The notes under the pieces: generated by a model
What the model was told of the DNA's origin: nothing
Seen by the model: only the letters and a program-made list of their open reading frames with translations
Databases searched by the model: none
Made by a program: the position numbers and the translations under genes
Shown: positions 18,580-20,000 of the stretch, one piece after another
Layout of the letters: the number at the start of each line of letters is the position of its first letter
Position numbering within the stretch: position 1 is the first letter of the stretch
Assembly (NCBI GenBank): GCA_021432655.1
Contig: MU271422.1
Span: 47,377 to 67,376, forward strand
DNA from: Atractiella rhizophila
Lineage: Eukaryota
Length of the DNA: 20,000 bases
Direction: 5' to 3'

Positions 18580-20000
18580 TTATTCCTGAATAGTGGGCAA
18601 CGATTTGTTGTCCTCGATTTGTTCGAAATCTCTCTTTTCTTCCATCGACCCAATCCTTCCCTCTTCTGTGACCAATTCTCGCTCTCTAGCCGTCCTTCCA
18701 TCGCCAAAAAGCTTGTCCATGTATTCGAGAGGTAGTCCCTTCGTTTCGGGGACAAAGAAATATACGAATGGGAGACCCCAGATAAAGATGGAGGCGAAGA
18801 CGAAATAGGTTCGAGTTGCTATCCAGTGTGGAGACGTTAACAAATTCTCCATTTGCACATGAAAAATCGAGACGCACTGATATGGCTCAACGCCTCTGGC
18901 ATGATTCTTACTATCGCAAAGGTGCAAAGCCACTATAGATGCAGTCAGGAATTTGATCTGCCACAAATCACGGGGTGCGGAACATACCTGGAAAGCGATA
19001 CAAAAGGTCATACTCAGTGTCCTCACCCTCGTCGTAAATATTTCAGAGACAATCGTGAGAGGCACTGAATTCCATCCGAAGCAATATGCGGTAGCGTAAA
19101 GGAAGATAGCTGTGATTGCCGTGTAATCTCCTGCTTTTCGAGGTGCACCTTCCTCCCGTGGTCCGACTGCTGTGAGCTGCACGTGTATATTTCAGCTTAC
19201 AGTAAAGTGGAGGAGTTAAAGTGACGCACGTATCCGCCAATGTAGAACAGGCACAGAGATAGCACTACCGCTCCGATCATGAGGGGTTTACGTCGTCCTA
19301 CGCGATCGACGATAAAGAGACCAAATATGAGGGTTCCAACAAATTTACATGTCCCATAGATACCTAAACTATGCTCAGTTTAGATTACGAGGACGGAGAC
19401 AAGATTCTACCAGTGGCAAAGAGTGAGTTTTTCGAGCCCTGAAATCCTAGCTGCTCAAAAATGACTAAAAAGTCGCAAGGTCAACTCCGTGCGATCGAAA
19501 GCAAGGGAGACTTACTTGGAGAGTAGTAATTCACAGCTTGTACCCCACTGAACGTTTTAATACCGATCAGCGTCATTCCTAGGAAGACGCGGTTCCTCAA
19601 TCCCTTCGTCCTGAAGAGCTCTTTCAACATCTTGAGCAACGTAGTTTCTCCCCTCAGTCGCTTCTCCGCCTCCACTTCTAGCTTGGTCTGCGAGAATTCG
19701 TACTCTATGTATCGGTCGCTGGGCGGCACTAGTTGGAGCTGATTCAGCGCGAGCACATAAACTTGAGAGAAGGATGCGACCTACATCTTCGAAGCCTACA
19801 TAGGTTCTTGAGAGCCTTTTCATCTCGCCCTTTCGTGATCAACCAACGAGGTGTTTCAGGACAGAGGAAGAGCCCAATTCCTAAGATAACGGCTGGAAAG
19901 AATTGGACAAAGACGGGAAATTGCCATTGGAATCTGTTGCTTTTAAGCGAGCTCTCGATCCCGTAATTAATCCAAAACTGTGTTCACAAGCTCATCAGTC
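18580..20000 (-). CDS. MFS sugar-porter family transporter (quinate permease-like), 3' part; 5' end lies outside the window
   Basis: FWINYG, QWQFPVFVQ, PETPRWL, AVNYYSP, VDRVGRRKPL, SEIFTTRVR and FFVPETKGLPLEYMD across short introns. Stop at 18582-18580. Confidence 0.96.

Noticed and set aside
447..20000. Possible L-rhamnose catabolic cluster (mutarotase + SDR + sugar porter)
   Set aside because: The genes lie 15-18 kb apart with housekeeping genes between them. No lactonase, dehydratase or aldolase is present, and the partial SDR cannot be assigned as L-rhamnose dehydrogenase.

Overview
Gene-dense, intron-rich fungal DNA, probably a basidiomycete: introns are mostly ~45-65 nt GT-AG. It comes from a draft scaffold with an 800-nt N gap (14808-15607). 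Hand-spliced gene models in order: L-rhamnose mutarotase (-), a 125-aa hypothetical protein (-), two tandem truncated copies of an oxysterol-binding (OSBP/Osh) gene (-), a PAC1/Pba1-like protein ending in HbYX (+), an Sso-type syntaxin (+), an RTA1-family protein (+), aminopeptidase P (+), an SDR cut by the gap (-), Mediator MED10 (-) and the 3' part of an MFS sugar-porter (-). I found no biosynthetic cluster, CRISPR array or intact transposon. The best signals are: (i) a 1.6-kb OSBP duplication whose 11 exonic differences are all synonymous although both copies are truncated; (ii) three oversized introns (862, 235 and 543 nt), two with H/ACA-snoRNA-like structure, one of these carrying snR30/U17-like m1/m2 motifs; (iii) a syntaxin with Asp instead of Gln at the SNARE zero layer; (iv) a sugar porter with a rewritten binding site. 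All splicing, folding and alignments were done by eye and need computational confirmation.
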